The notes under the pieces are model-generated. The model saw only the letters and a list, made by a program, of their open reading frames with translations, was not told the DNA's origin and did not search any database. From the IMG/VR virus record IMGVR_UViG_3300036766_001793, positions 64,001-128,000 of that record: a stretch of 64,000 bases of DNA, one strand, 5' to 3'. The first letter of the stretch is position 1; each line of letters starts with the position of its first letter. This DNA is from a virus. Positions 18,730 through 28,600 of the stretch are shown piece after piece. The position numbers and the translations under genes are program-made.

Positions 18730-19485
18730 TTACACACTCTGCCCCGCTATTTGTGACGTATAGGTAGATTTAATGGGAGCTTCTGCTGCGCCCAGGGCGA
18801 GCTTGAGCCACACGCCGATCCTGGAGGCCGCCGCGAGGTCGGTGCCCGGGACGTTCTTGTCGGTGTCGTCGAACGTGTCGGGGTCGAGGGTGTTGGCCGC
18901 GGACGGCGCCGTGAGGCGGTTGGCCGAGGTGGCGGTGTCGTTGACGGCGGCCGCGATGAGGTGCGTGATCTTGCCGGTCGGGTCCGCCGACTGCTGGACG
19001 ACCGCGTTGAGCAGCGCCAGGGTGGCGTGGGTGTTCTTCCAGAAGAACTTCATGTAGTAGTCCTTCGCGCCGACGTCGGAGAAGGCGTTGATGAACAGCC
19101 TCGTGAAGCCGCGCTCGCCGGCCGGGATGACGCCGATGGTGGTGTCGCCCGTCGCCCTGCGGACCGTGACGGCGCCGGCCGCGTCCGAGGCCAGGAGGGC
19201 CTTCTGGACGCGCTCCACGGCGGCGAGGGTGTCGAAGGTGATGAAGGTGACCCCGGTGAGGGCCTTGGTCTGGGAGACCGTGGCGCCGCCGGCGGACCTG
19301 CCGGTCACCGTGAGGTTCATGGTGTCGCCGGCGCTCGAGGAGACGGCCTCGACGTCGTCGGTCGCGGCGATGTCGGTGAAGACGACGCGGTTGTCGACGT
19401 CGACGGCGCCGCCGACGGTCGAGGACTCGTCCTCCGGCATGCTGAGGCCGGCGTAGGCGACGAGGTCTGAGGCGACGATAGGCAT
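18730..19485 (-). CDS. Phage structural protein
   Basis: Strong codon bias, AAGGAG RBS, A/T/D-rich, GxWLKL C-terminal motif typical of virion proteins. Confidence 0.55.
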   Translation of the reverse strand: MPIVASDLVAYAGLSMPEDESSTVGGAVDVDNRVVFTDIAATDDVEAVSSSAGDTMNLTVTGRSAGGATVSQTKALTGVTFITFDTLAAVERVQKALLASDAAGAVTVRRATGDTTIGVIPAGERGFTRLFINAFSDVGAKDYYMKFFWKNTHATLALLNAVVQQSADPTGKITHLIAAAVNDTATSANRLTAPSAANTLDPDTFDDTDKNVPGTDLAAASRIGVWLKLALGAAEAPIKSTYTSQIAGQSV

Positions 19486-19574
19486 TTCTGGCTGCTCCTT
19501 GGGCCGGGCCGCCCGTGCCGGGGGCCTCTGGACTATATCCTAGGCGGGCCGGGGGCCGGCGCGAAGCCCCCGCC

Positions 19575-20204
19575 CTAGTTGAGCCTGTGCCAGCGCACGA
19601 ACGAGCCGGCCCTCACCGTGACGGCGGCCCCGCCGGCAGTCGACGAGGCGAACCTGAGGGTGAGCTCGCCGGCGGACGCCCCGTTGCGGAGCGTCCCGAC
19701 CACCTCCGCGAAGTTGTCGACGTTCGCCGCGTCCACCGAGGCGGTCGGGGCGCCGCTGTCGTACGCCCTGGCCTGCCCCAGGACCACGGAGACGAGGGAC
19801 GTGGGGATCGCGGTCTGCAGGGCCACCGAGACCGGAGACGCCGGGCCGCTCACCGCGAGGGCGATCCCCCTGTTGGTCCCGGCGGCCCTGAAGACGATCC
19901 CGAACTCGAAGTAGTAGTCCGCGCCGGCGTCCACGGGGAACGACAGGCCGGCCACGTCGGCGAAGGAGGTGGCGCTCCTCGTCTGGTCCGACCCGAGCTG
20001 GGCCGAGGACACCAGGGCCCCGGCGACCATGAGGTCCCAGAAGAGGCCGGGCGGCCGCGCGGCCGCCGAGGCGAGGTGGGCGCCGGTGCAGACGTAGGTG
20101 CCGGCGACGTCCTGGCAGGCGTCCCCGACCTCGTACAGCGCACCGTCCTGCCACGCCCCCGTCCAGGTGAAGGTGAACCTCTGGAAGGAGAGCGCGAAGG
20201 CCAT
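19575..20204 (-). CDS. Virion fibre-tip-like protein with N-terminal carbohydrate-binding-type motif
   Basis: WTGAWQDGALYEVGD...YVC...H...W; C-terminal LRFASS...VTVRAGS. Confidence 0.55.
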   Translation of the reverse strand: MAFALSFQRFTFTWTGAWQDGALYEVGDACQDVAGTYVCTGAHLASAAARPPGLFWDLMVAGALVSSAQLGSDQTRSATSFADVAGLSFPVDAGADYYFEFGIVFRAAGTNRGIALAVSGPASPVSVALQTAIPTSLVSVVLGQARAYDSGAPTASVDAANVDNFAEVVGTLRNGASAGELTLRFASSTAGGAAVTVRAGSFVRWHRLN

Positions 20205-20207
20205 GGG

Positions 20208-20558
20208 CTAGGCCGCGGGGCCGCTCCACAGCACGCCGCGGAGCCTCGGGCTCACGGCGGCTGTCACGTTGATGAACGAGACCTTCGTCGCGACGGCGAG
20301 CGCCTGGTCGGCGTAGCCCTCGCCCTCCCTGATGAGGACGTCGGTCGTGGTGGCGGTGGCGTCGAACCTGATGGCCGCGTCCCCCGGCCCCTCGTTGATG
20401 ATCGACACGTTGCGGCCGACCTTCACGCCCGGGACGAGGACGAGGTCCTCTGCCGTCGCCGGCACCGCGAGCGTGACGTCGAAGGGCGTGGCCTCGTCGG
20501 CGGCCAGGGTCGGGACGTTCACTGTCTGGGTCACGTTGACCCTCGGGTAGATTGGCAT
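20208..20558 (-). CDS. Small beta-rich structural/decoration protein (paralog A)
   Basis: GGAGG RBS; EGEGY...VSFINV...PRLRGVLWSG. Confidence 0.55.
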   Translation of the reverse strand: MPIYPRVNVTQTVNVPTLAADEATPFDVTLAVPATAEDLVLVPGVKVGRNVSIINEGPGDAAIRFDATATTTDVLIREGEGYADQALAVATKVSFINVTAAVSPRLRGVLWSGPAA

Positions 20559-20572
20559 GGCTGGACCCCCTC

Positions 20573-20875
20573 CTAGTTCCCCCAGATGATCCCCCGCACC
20601 CGCGGGGTCTCGCCCGTCACGAGGTTCACGAACCTCAGGCTGCTGAAGATGACGCCGTCCTCGGAGTAGCTCTCGCCGGCCTGCAGCTCCAGGGCGTCGT
20701 CCGGGGTCAGCTCCCCGGAGGCGTCGAACCCGATGAGGATGCCCTTGTCCGTCGTGACCGTCAGCCGGTGGCCGAAGGACATCCTGGACCGGTCTACCCG
20801 CGCGAGCGTCTCCGCCTGCCCCGCCGCGGCCAGCTGTCTGTTGAACACCTGGTGGGCCCCGTAGAGGCTGGGCAT
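20573..20875 (-). CDS. Small beta-rich structural/decoration protein (paralog B)
   Basis: AGESY...LRFVNL...PRVRGIIWGN. Confidence 0.55.
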   Translation of the reverse strand: MPSLYGAHQVFNRQLAAAGQAETLARVDRSRMSFGHRLTVTTDKGILIGFDASGELTPDDALELQAGESYSEDGVIFSSLRFVNLVTGETPRVRGIIWGN

Positions 20876-20921
20876 GGCTCCCCTGGCACCATCCTAGGTC
20901 GCGCCGCGCGCCCGCCGAAAC

Positions 20922-21977
20922 CTACTCCGCCAGGGCCGCGATGTCCGCCTCGTCGAACCGCACCACCGCCGCGAGGCCGTGGTCCCGCACCAGCGCCGCG
21001 TCCCTCTTCCTGTCACGCCACACCTGCTGCCGGGTGAGGACGTGCCACCGGGCGCCGTCCGCCTCGAAGGCGATGTTGTACTCCCTGTCGTAGAGGTCCA
21101 CGGAGTACCGGCCGAAGCCTATCTCGCACTCCACGTCGTGGCCTGCCTCACGGAGGAACCTGTAGAGTGCCGCGTGGATCCTGCTGGGCCACCTCCGGTA
21201 GCCGAGCTGCCGGGCGCTCTGCCGGCCCTTCCTCTGGTGCTCGGTCCACTGGGCGACCAGGGCCGGGTTGGTCCTGCACAGTTCGCTACGCTCGGCCCTC
21301 TGCTCGTCGGTGAACTTGCGCCCTGAGTTCGGGCCGGTCTTGCCGAGGCTGGCCCATGTCGCTCGCGAACTCTCATTTCGCGCCGCCATCACGTCTGGCT
21401 GGCAAGTCGTTGTGTAAGAATGTGGACCGCCGCACGCCCGGCAGGTCGGCTTCGCGCGGCCCGGGTGCGTCTTCCCGGCGTTGGCCTTACCAGAAATTCC
21501 ATCGTGCTTCCGACACTGGCAGCCAGATTCGCAGGCCTTCCCCGGCTGTCCTGCCCTAGCTGCCCTAATAGCAACCTTACGCGCCTCACGCTCTTCATCA
21601 GTCATGTTAGCCCAACGGAGTTTCACCAACTGCCCGATTCGAGCCTTGACTGGCTGCATCCCTGCCGAGATAGCAGCCCGACGCTTCTCAATGGTACCGT
21701 CCTCTTTAGACCGAGCCCATCCTTGCGCCGCACTGAGACTTTGCCGGTCCCTCTGTTCCTGTGTCTTCTTGACTCCAATCCGAGGTGGTCGATTCTCTTT
21801 TGGCTTAGGGCCTCCTCTGGTCCCCATGCCAGTTCGCATCTCTGTTCCGAGTAATTTGAGATGTGTCTGGATCGGCCGGAAGCTGCAGCCTATTTCCTTG
21901 CCGATAGCATTGAGGCCGGACCCCGCCTCGTACATGGACAGGATCCGGCCTGACTGTTCCTCTGTGAAGCTTATCAT
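20922..21977 (-). CDS. Homing endonuclease: HTH, NUMOD3 and DUF559/Vsr-like domains
   Basis: GRYSVDLYD...IAFEADGARWH...DRKRDA...VVRF; lower GC; start ATG 21977 after TACAAT. Confidence 0.75.
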   Translation of the reverse strand: MISFTEEQSGRILSMYEAGSGLNAIGKEIGCSFRPIQTHLKLLGTEMRTGMGTRGGPKPKENRPPRIGVKKTQEQRDRQSLSAAQGWARSKEDGTIEKRRAAISAGMQPVKARIGQLVKLRWANMTDEEREARKVAIRAARAGQPGKACESGCQCRKHDGISGKANAGKTHPGRAKPTCRACGGPHSYTTTCQPDVMAARNESSRATWASLGKTGPNSGRKFTDEQRAERSELCRTNPALVAQWTEHQRKGRQSARQLGYRRWPSRIHAALYRFLREAGHDVECEIGFGRYSVDLYDREYNIAFEADGARWHVLTRQQVWRDRKRDAALVRDHGLAAVVRFDEADIAALAE

Positions 21978-22041
21978 GCACTCATTGTACACTACTTAGC
22001 CCCAGATGTAAACAGTTGAAATTAAGTTTAGGTTATGCTCT

Positions 22042-22719
22042 CTATGAGAACGTCACCGTCTCCGAAAGCGACCAGGACGACCCCGAGCTCTTCGTGCCGA
22101 GCGACTGGACCACGCGGTTGAGCATCGAGCCGCCCGAGGCCGCGTTGAAGGTCCCGACCTCGTTCCAGACGAAGTTGGCCTCCGAGGAGCCGAAGGTGGA
22201 CTGGAAGGTGATGGTCGGGGCGGAGTCCACCGGGTAGGTGGCGTTCATGGCCTTGCGGAGCTTGTTGGACGAGGCCTGGAGGTCTGTTTGGGCCACGTTC
22301 GTGCCGGTCGTGGAGTCGCCGACGCCGAGGTAGGCGCTGGCGTTGCTGAAGACCGTGTCCGAGTCGCCCTTGAGGAGGTTCAGGAGGACCGCGATGCCGG
22401 CGGTGACGAGGATGTTGCCCTCGCGCTCGATCACCTCGTAGGGGTCCGCCTCGAGGAACATGCGGTGGAGGGCCTCGTCCACCTGGCGGCCAGGAGTCCA
22501 GAGCTCCCTGACGCGCCCGTCCAGGCCGGGCTCGGACAGCCACGCCCGGATGGTCTCGACGCCATCCATGAACCTGCGGGCGTCGAGCCCCCCGGAGGCC
22601 CTGCCGCCTGAGAGGACGCGCGCGGCGTCCCCGCGGTTCTCGAGGATGAAGTCCTCGACCGACCCGGCCCTCTTCTCGAGGCGCCACTCGGTGCGGTGGG
22701 TTGCTGAGTCGTTCGACAC
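22042..22719 (-). CDS. Phage structural (tail-fibre N-terminal-like) protein
   Basis: GNILVTAG...YLGVGDSTT...TDL...EANFVWNEVG...MLNR...LGTK. Confidence 0.65.
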   Translation of the reverse strand: MSNDSATHRTEWRLEKRAGSVEDFILENRGDAARVLSGGRASGGLDARRFMDGVETIRAWLSEPGLDGRVRELWTPGRQVDEALHRMFLEADPYEVIEREGNILVTAGIAVLLNLLKGDSDTVFSNASAYLGVGDSTTGTNVAQTDLQASSNKLRKAMNATYPVDSAPTITFQSTFGSSEANFVWNEVGTFNAASGGSMLNRVVQSLGTKSSGSSWSLSETVTFS

Positions 22720-22842
22720 TTGCCTAGCTCCTGGGCGGTTCTGCCCTGTTGATCGTATCCAGCCGGCGCCGCGTATAGAAACCTACCGCGCGGCCGAGCC
22801 ATCGGGGGCCCCGAGCCCGCGGGCTGGCACCGCCGAGCGGGC

Positions 22843-23673
22843 TTACGCCCACTCGCCGCGGGTCACCGTCGTCGCGTCGTCGGACACGGCCGAGGTCGCG
22901 ACCGGCGTGGACCCGTCGTCCTTCATGAGCGTCCCCAGGCTGGCGGTCTGGGTGATCTTGTTGCGCGCCAGCTCGAACAGCCAGTTGAGCGCGGCGAGGG
23001 CGCTGGCCGTGGCCCCTGGCACCGCCGCGAGGTCGCTCATGGCCTTCGCCCAGATCTCGTCCACCGCGTCCGAAGCCAGCGCGTCGGCGTCGATGGCCCC
23101 GGTGGCGATAGACGCCGCCGTGATGGCGCCCGATGCCCACGCTGTGCCGCCGGCCTGGACGGCGTTCACGCCGAGCTGCGCCGTGGACGTGCTGACCGCG
23201 GCGTTCGCGATGTTCTTCAGGTTCACCTCGGGGATCCCGGCCGTCGCCGGGGCCGAGACGGCTGTGCCGCTCCAGGCGTCCACGTCCGCCTTGGGCTTGG
23301 CGGCAACGCCCTCGGCCGCCATCAGGCGGAACTGGCACGCGATGAACGAGACGGTCTGGCCATCCACGGTGACCGAGGAGACCACGACCGTGAACCAGGC
23401 CCCGACGGTGTAGAACCCGGCGTCGCCGTTGTCGCCCGTGTCGATGCTGAACCCGTGGACGCCGGTGATGCCGTCGAAGTCGATGCCATCCGTGTCGAGC
23501 AGGACGTACCCGGAGTCGGACGCCCTCTGGGTCGTGCCGCCGTCCTTGTAGATCTCGATGTCAGTGACGGCCAGGCCCGTCATGGTGATGCTCGCGCCGG
23601 TCGCGCCCGCGAATGTGTCGAACATCACCGGGAGCACGTCTCCGGCCGGGACGTGGAAAACGGGGTAGCCCAT
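22843..23673 (-). CDS. Phage structural protein
   Basis: IEIYKDG...DFDGITGVH...DA(I/V)DEIW...TTVTRGEW, typical of virion proteins. Confidence 0.55.
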   Translation of the reverse strand: MGYPVFHVPAGDVLPVMFDTFAGATGASITMTGLAVTDIEIYKDGGTTQRASDSGYVLLDTDGIDFDGITGVHGFSIDTGDNGDAGFYTVGAWFTVVVSSVTVDGQTVSFIACQFRLMAAEGVAAKPKADVDAWSGTAVSAPATAGIPEVNLKNIANAAVSTSTAQLGVNAVQAGGTAWASGAITAASIATGAIDADALASDAVDEIWAKAMSDLAAVPGATASALAALNWLFELARNKITQTASLGTLMKDDGSTPVATSAVSDDATTVTRGEWA

Positions 23674-24954
23674 CTAGCCCACCAGCCTCCTGTTGCCGAA
23701 TGCTAGCAGTTTCCCGCCTACGAGGGGACCCACTTTCGATGCTGCTTCTCTGATAATGAACAACACCGTATAAAACGGCGGCTCGGCTGTGCCAGAGTCC
23801 ATGCCGGGGTCGCCCGTGCCCGCCCACGACTGAGCGGCGCCAGAGGTTGAGGCGGTGTGGGTGTGCGCCGAAACGTGCACGACGTAAGTGGGGCCCTCCC
23901 CGAGGCTAGCCGAAGAGCCAGTCGCCCCCGCCAGTGTTACCGTGCCAAGCGTGTGAGTGTGCCCTGTGGCGGTCGTGTGTGCATGGCTATACGTATGGGC
24001 GTGGGCATTGGCTCCTCCGGTTCCGCCAGCATCGCCATTGGCGCCCTTGAGCATCCTGTTATCGAGATTGGGAGTGCCGGTCCCGTTACAAAGCGACCAT
24101 CCCGCAGGAATAGAGCCGACCGTCCCTGTCCAAATGGCTATGGTGTTGACCGGCGCCGCCGTGGCGGCGTCTGCCTTAATGTGTGTCACCGCGTAGTAAG
24201 GCGGGTTGTTGCTGCCGGACCCCGAGCCCGTGGACTGCCCCGACAGCGTGTCGGTGGCGGCTGCTATCGTCCCGGAGGGGGCATGGGTATGCGAGCCGAC
24301 GAGGTACACCGTAATATAGTCGTTCGAACCCGCAGTGCCCGGTACGGTCGTACCTATCGTAAGTGTATGGTCGGTGTGCGACGGATACGTGTGGGTGTGA
24401 CTGGACTGGGTGTGAGTGTGGCTTGCCGCACCACCCGTGCCACCACCATCTCCGCCAGTAGTCATGCCTTTAAGATATTTGTCCCCTGACGACGCGAGCG
24501 CCGTGAATCCAGTCGGCGCAGACGCGCCGTCGTACCATGCAACGACACCTGTCGAGATGTCGGTGGTGCCGTTGCTCTGGATAAAAATCGCGCGGATGAA
24601 CGACGGCTCGTTGCTTATGGTGTCGCTGTTTGCGGCACTTGAGGCGCCCGAGGTTTGCGTGGAGGTGGCGTAGGTTTGGGTGTGAGTGTGGGACAGGCTG
24701 GCCCCGGTGTCATCCGTGTTAACGGGCTGCGTATCGGTCGGGATGCTCGTGTCGGCGCTAACGTGACTGTGGCTCGCAGAGTGCGTGTGGGCCGGGGTGT
24801 TGTGCAGGTGGGTTGTAGCTCCACCCGTACTGCCCACTGTGGTCAGGTTACCCTTCGGGAAGTTGGCATCTAACGCAGTGACACGCGACCAGCCAGCGGG
24901 AATGCTGGCGCTTGTGCCAGTCCACGCCATGACGATGCCGTTCGGGAGGGCCAC
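23674..24954 (-). CDS. Tail-collar-repeat fibre tip protein with many HxH metal-binding motifs
   Basis: Three (G/T)(I/V)xxxW...P(A/T)G(W/F)...KG...GG..xHxH...PP(Y/F) modules; lower GC than flanks. Confidence 0.7.
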   Translation of the reverse strand: MALPNGIVMAWTGTSASIPAGWSRVTALDANFPKGNLTTVGSTGGATTHLHNTPAHTHSASHSHVSADTSIPTDTQPVNTDDTGASLSHTHTQTYATSTQTSGASSAANSDTISNEPSFIRAIFIQSNGTTDISTGVVAWYDGASAPTGFTALASSGDKYLKGMTTGGDGGGTGGAASHTHTQSSHTHTYPSHTDHTLTIGTTVPGTAGSNDYITVYLVGSHTHAPSGTIAAATDTLSGQSTGSGSGSNNPPYYAVTHIKADAATAAPVNTIAIWTGTVGSIPAGWSLCNGTGTPNLDNRMLKGANGDAGGTGGANAHAHTYSHAHTTATGHTHTLGTVTLAGATGSSASLGEGPTYVVHVSAHTHTASTSGAAQSWAGTGDPGMDSGTAEPPFYTVLFIIREAASKVGPLVGGKLLAFGNRRLVG

Positions 24955-24956
24955 GG

Positions 24957-25172
24957 CTAGGCCGCCTTGGTGTCAGGCGCCGCCGGGAGGCTCGTGACAG
25001 CGAGTTTGAGGGCGGCGAGCTGGGAGTCGAGCTTGGCGCGCGCGAGGTTCACCGCCGCCTGCGGGAGCACGTCTGAGAGGCCCTCCAGCGCGACTACCCG
25101 GTCGCGCACGCGGACGAGGGCGCCGACCACCAGGTTTAGTTCGTCGATGAAGGCCTGCGTCTGGGAGTTCAC
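24957..25172 (-). CDS. Hypothetical coiled-coil protein
   Basis: In the operon, overlapping start/stop. Confidence 0.5.
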   Translation of the reverse strand: MNSQTQAFIDELNLVVGALVRVRDRVVALEGLSDVLPQAAVNLARAKLDSQLAALKLAVTSLPAAPDTKAA

Positions 25173-25492
25173 GGCGCGTCCCCCCTCAGCTCCGTCACGT
25201 GGGCGACGCGGTACGCCTGGCGCCTGACCGCCCGCATGGCCTTGGCCACCGCGGCGGCCTCGTCCTGGGCGATGACCTGGACCGTCGCCAGGTCCACCAG
25301 GTCCCCGCTCTCATAGTCCGCCCACTCGAAGGCCTGCACGGTCCATGAGTAGCTCGCCACGTGGGCATCCGGGCCGTCTGCCACGTCCTGGTCGTAGGGC
25401 CAGAGGTACTGGCCGTGCAGCCGCGGGCGCATGGCCGTCCCCACCGGCATCGAGGACCTGGGCATCTTTACCATTCTGTTGCTCTGGGGCAT
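25169..25492 (-). CDS. Hypothetical protein
   Basis: GGAGG RBS, operon-coupled. Confidence 0.55.
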   Translation of the reverse strand: MPQSNRMVKMPRSSMPVGTAMRPRLHGQYLWPYDQDVADGPDAHVASYSWTVQAFEWADYESGDLVDLATVQVIAQDEAAAVAKAMRAVRRQAYRVAHVTELRGDAP

Positions 25493-25493
25493 G

Positions 25494-25685
25494 CTACCTC
25501 CCGGCCGGGTGGTACGCGTCCACCAGGGCCATGATCTCGTCGACGAGGGAGTCGGCCTTCCGGAGCGCCGACAGGTCGGGCCCGCCGCGGCCGTCGGTCG
25601 GGACCATGCCGGACACGCGGTCCTCTACCTCGGCCCTGAGCTGCGCCCTGGACATGGCGCGCGCCTGGTCGTAGATGCTCCGCAT
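25494..25685 (-). CDS. Hypothetical protein (MRSIYDQ...)
   Basis: ATG overlaps the protease TGA. Confidence 0.5.
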   Translation of the reverse strand: MRSIYDQARAMSRAQLRAEVEDRVSGMVPTDGRGGPDLSALRKADSLVDEIMALVDAYHPAGR

Positions 25686-28600
25686 CAGCCCGGCCCCACC
25701 GTCGTCCGCCCGCCCGCTTCCCTCGCCGGGGCCGCGCTCTTGGCTGGGCCGCCCTTCCTGAACTGCTCCGGCTCCGCGCCTGACACCTGCCCGACCCCGC
25801 GATCGAGCGAGACCTCGAACCTCTCGCCGGCGGACACCAGCCACAGCCTGTCGATGGCGATCGGCGAGGTCTCGGTGACCGGGATGCCGCGCCGCTCGAG
25901 GTCGTCCATGCCGGCCGGGTCGTACCTGAGGGTCATGTGCGGCGTGAACCCGTGCCTCCCGTCGACCGGGACCCCGACCTCCCTGAGGGCACCGACGAGC
26001 TTGGCCCTGAACTCCGAGAGGCCAGGCACGTCCACGAGGGCGACGAGCGGGACGCGCCCGTCGTCCCCCGGGGAGAACCTGCCTAGGCCCCCGATGCTGC
26101 CGTCCATCGGCCTCTGCTCGAGGGCGCAGTGCCTCAGGACCCCGAGGGCCCTCTCGACCCCGTCGTCCCCGAGGTCGTTGGCGGCGTCGTCCGTGAGGTA
26201 CGCGATGGTGACGTGGAGCTCGTCCGCGTCCTCACCGCCGTCGGTCGCGAGCTGCCTCGCCAGGCCGCTCTCCGGGAACCAGGCCACCATGGCGCCTGGG
26301 TGCGGGCCCTCAGCCTCCAGGTGGCGCTCCTTGAACCCCTCCGGGAGGTTCTCCGGGCCGCCCTTGTTGGAGAGCCCGTCCAGGTCCTCCGGGCCCCTGA
26401 TGGTGTCGCTCTTCTCTGACTGACCGAGGTCCCCCCTGAGGCCCCGGTGGAAGTCGTCTGCCCCGCCCTTGGAGACCCTGCCGAGAGCAGCGTCGGTCTT
26501 GGCGACGTCCTTGTAGGTGCTCCCGGCGCCGGCCTCCTTGATGATCCCGTGCTCCGGCTCCTCGCCCATCCTCACGTACTGGCCGAGCGCCATGCCTTCG
26601 ATGACGCTCTCCGCGTCCTCGTAGAGGGACCCAAGCGCCGCCATGACGGTGGGGTCGAGGTTGCCTCCCCCGTCCCCGACCGCGGCCTCCAGCTGCTTCC
26701 TCACGCCGTCGAGGGCGGCCGCCGGATCGCCCCGCACGGTCGAGTCCCATGCCTTGGCGAGGCCTGACAGCGCGGACGGCGGGAGGCCGGGGGCCAGGGT
26801 GGCCGCCCTCACGATCGCCGCGGCCTTGCCGGCCGCCTGGCCGGCGGTGAGCGGGACCGACTTCCGAAGCCTCTCCTGGGCTACGCCGGCCGCGTTGAGG
26901 GCCTCCCCCGCCCCCGCCCGCGTCGCCGCGTCCCTGAGGCCCTTGAGGAGCCTCCCGAGCCTGACGTACGCCCGGTCAGGCCCGAAGGCAGTCCCGTCAG
27001 TCCAGAGGACGAAGTCGCTCCTCTGCCCCGGGATCCAGGTGAGGCTCGGGCTGCCGAACCTGATGGCCGCCGCCGCCGCCCTGGCGTCCCCCTCGAGCCC
27101 CTTGTCCAGCCTGACCGAGTCCACGGCGGCCTCCACGGCCGCGAGGACCTCCTTGATGACCATCGGCACGTACGAGTTGTCAGGGGCGGCCAGCTTCGGG
27201 GTCTTGACCTTCCCCTGCGTGACAGGCTGGACCTTCTCCTCGTCGCCCTGGACGAGCCTGAAGCCGCCATGCGACGCCCAGACGTCGCTGAGGTTGAGGT
27301 ACTGCCTCTCCCCGTCCGGGTCGGCCAGGGGGGCGTCCGGGGCGACCCCGTACGTCGGCCTGGGCCCGTACCGCTCGGCCATCTCCCGGGCGCCCGGGGT
27401 CTCCACGCCCGCCCTCGCCCGCTCGAGCTTGGCGGCGGACGCCGGGTCGAGCTTCCCCTCCTCGCCCCCCTCCTCGGCCAGGACCTTCGAGTAGTACCTC
27501 GGGTCCTCCGCGAGGTGGTCCCTCACTATGTTGGCGATGGAGCCCACGTCGCCGCCGACGCTCTCGTAGTGCTCCGCCGACTCCGTCTCCAGGCCCTCGT
27601 CGAACTCGTCGACCCCGTCCCGGGACTTCCCCACCGCGGAGGTGGCCTGCCTGGCCAGCTTCTCTATGTCGCCCGCCTGGTCCTTGAGCTCCTCCCTGAG
27701 GGCGGGGTTGTCCCCGATGTGGTCGGGCTCCCACCAGGCCAGGGCCTCGAACTGGTCCCCGTCGGGATCGTCCGGGTTGATCATCTCGTCCCGCTCCCCT
27801 AGGGGGAGGAGGTCCTCCCCGTCGATCCTCCACACGAACCCGGCGTATACTCCGTCCGGCGACTCCCACTGGGAGGCCAGCCCGCCCTCGGGCAGCGGCC
27901 TCCCGACCTCCTCTGCCCACTCCCTCTTGGCGGCCCCCAGCGGACTCTCCCCCGGCTCGAGGCGCCCCCCGGGGAACTCCCAGGTGCCGCCGGCCGGGTC
28001 GTCGCCCTCAGCCGCCCTCTGGAGCATAAGGACGCGCCCAGTGTCGCCGGCGACCACCGCCAGCCCGGCCGCCCTGACGCCGCCGCCGACCGGCCCAGGG
28101 GCGTCCTTGGCGATGGACCCGAACTCCCTGTCTATCATCGCCTGGACCCTCGGGTCCACCATCCCCCTCAGTCCCTTCAGGAACTTGGCGAACTTCGGGG
28201 TCGTCGGCTCCGGCACGAGCCGGTTGGCCGGCGAGGGCGGCGTGGCCTCCGGCCCGCTGGACTCCAGGCCCTTCGGGCCGGCCGCCTCGTCGGCGACGCC
28301 CTCGAAGAGCATCCTCCCTGACTCAGAGCGGTAGCCCTTCAGCACCATGGCCGCCTGGGCCGGGGTGACTGGGCAGCGCCCGTCCCCGCACCACGCGGAC
28401 GCGGCGAACTCGCCCGCCTCGTCGAAGGACTTCGAGATGACCGTGAACTTGGCGTCCTGGTTAACGGGGCTCTCGCAGTTGTGGACGACGCCCTCCTTCA
28501 TGGTGTAGGAGTTGTCCTCCTCGACCTCAAGGTTGTACACGGTGCCCTTATACGGCTCGGTGCCGATGGTCGTCACCCTCACGAGGGCATTCCCGGCGAA

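Noticed and set aside
17074-18730. Group I intron housing the GIY-YIG gene
   Set aside because: The flanking genes are intact, and no P7-type core could be recognised; the endonuclease has its own promoter.
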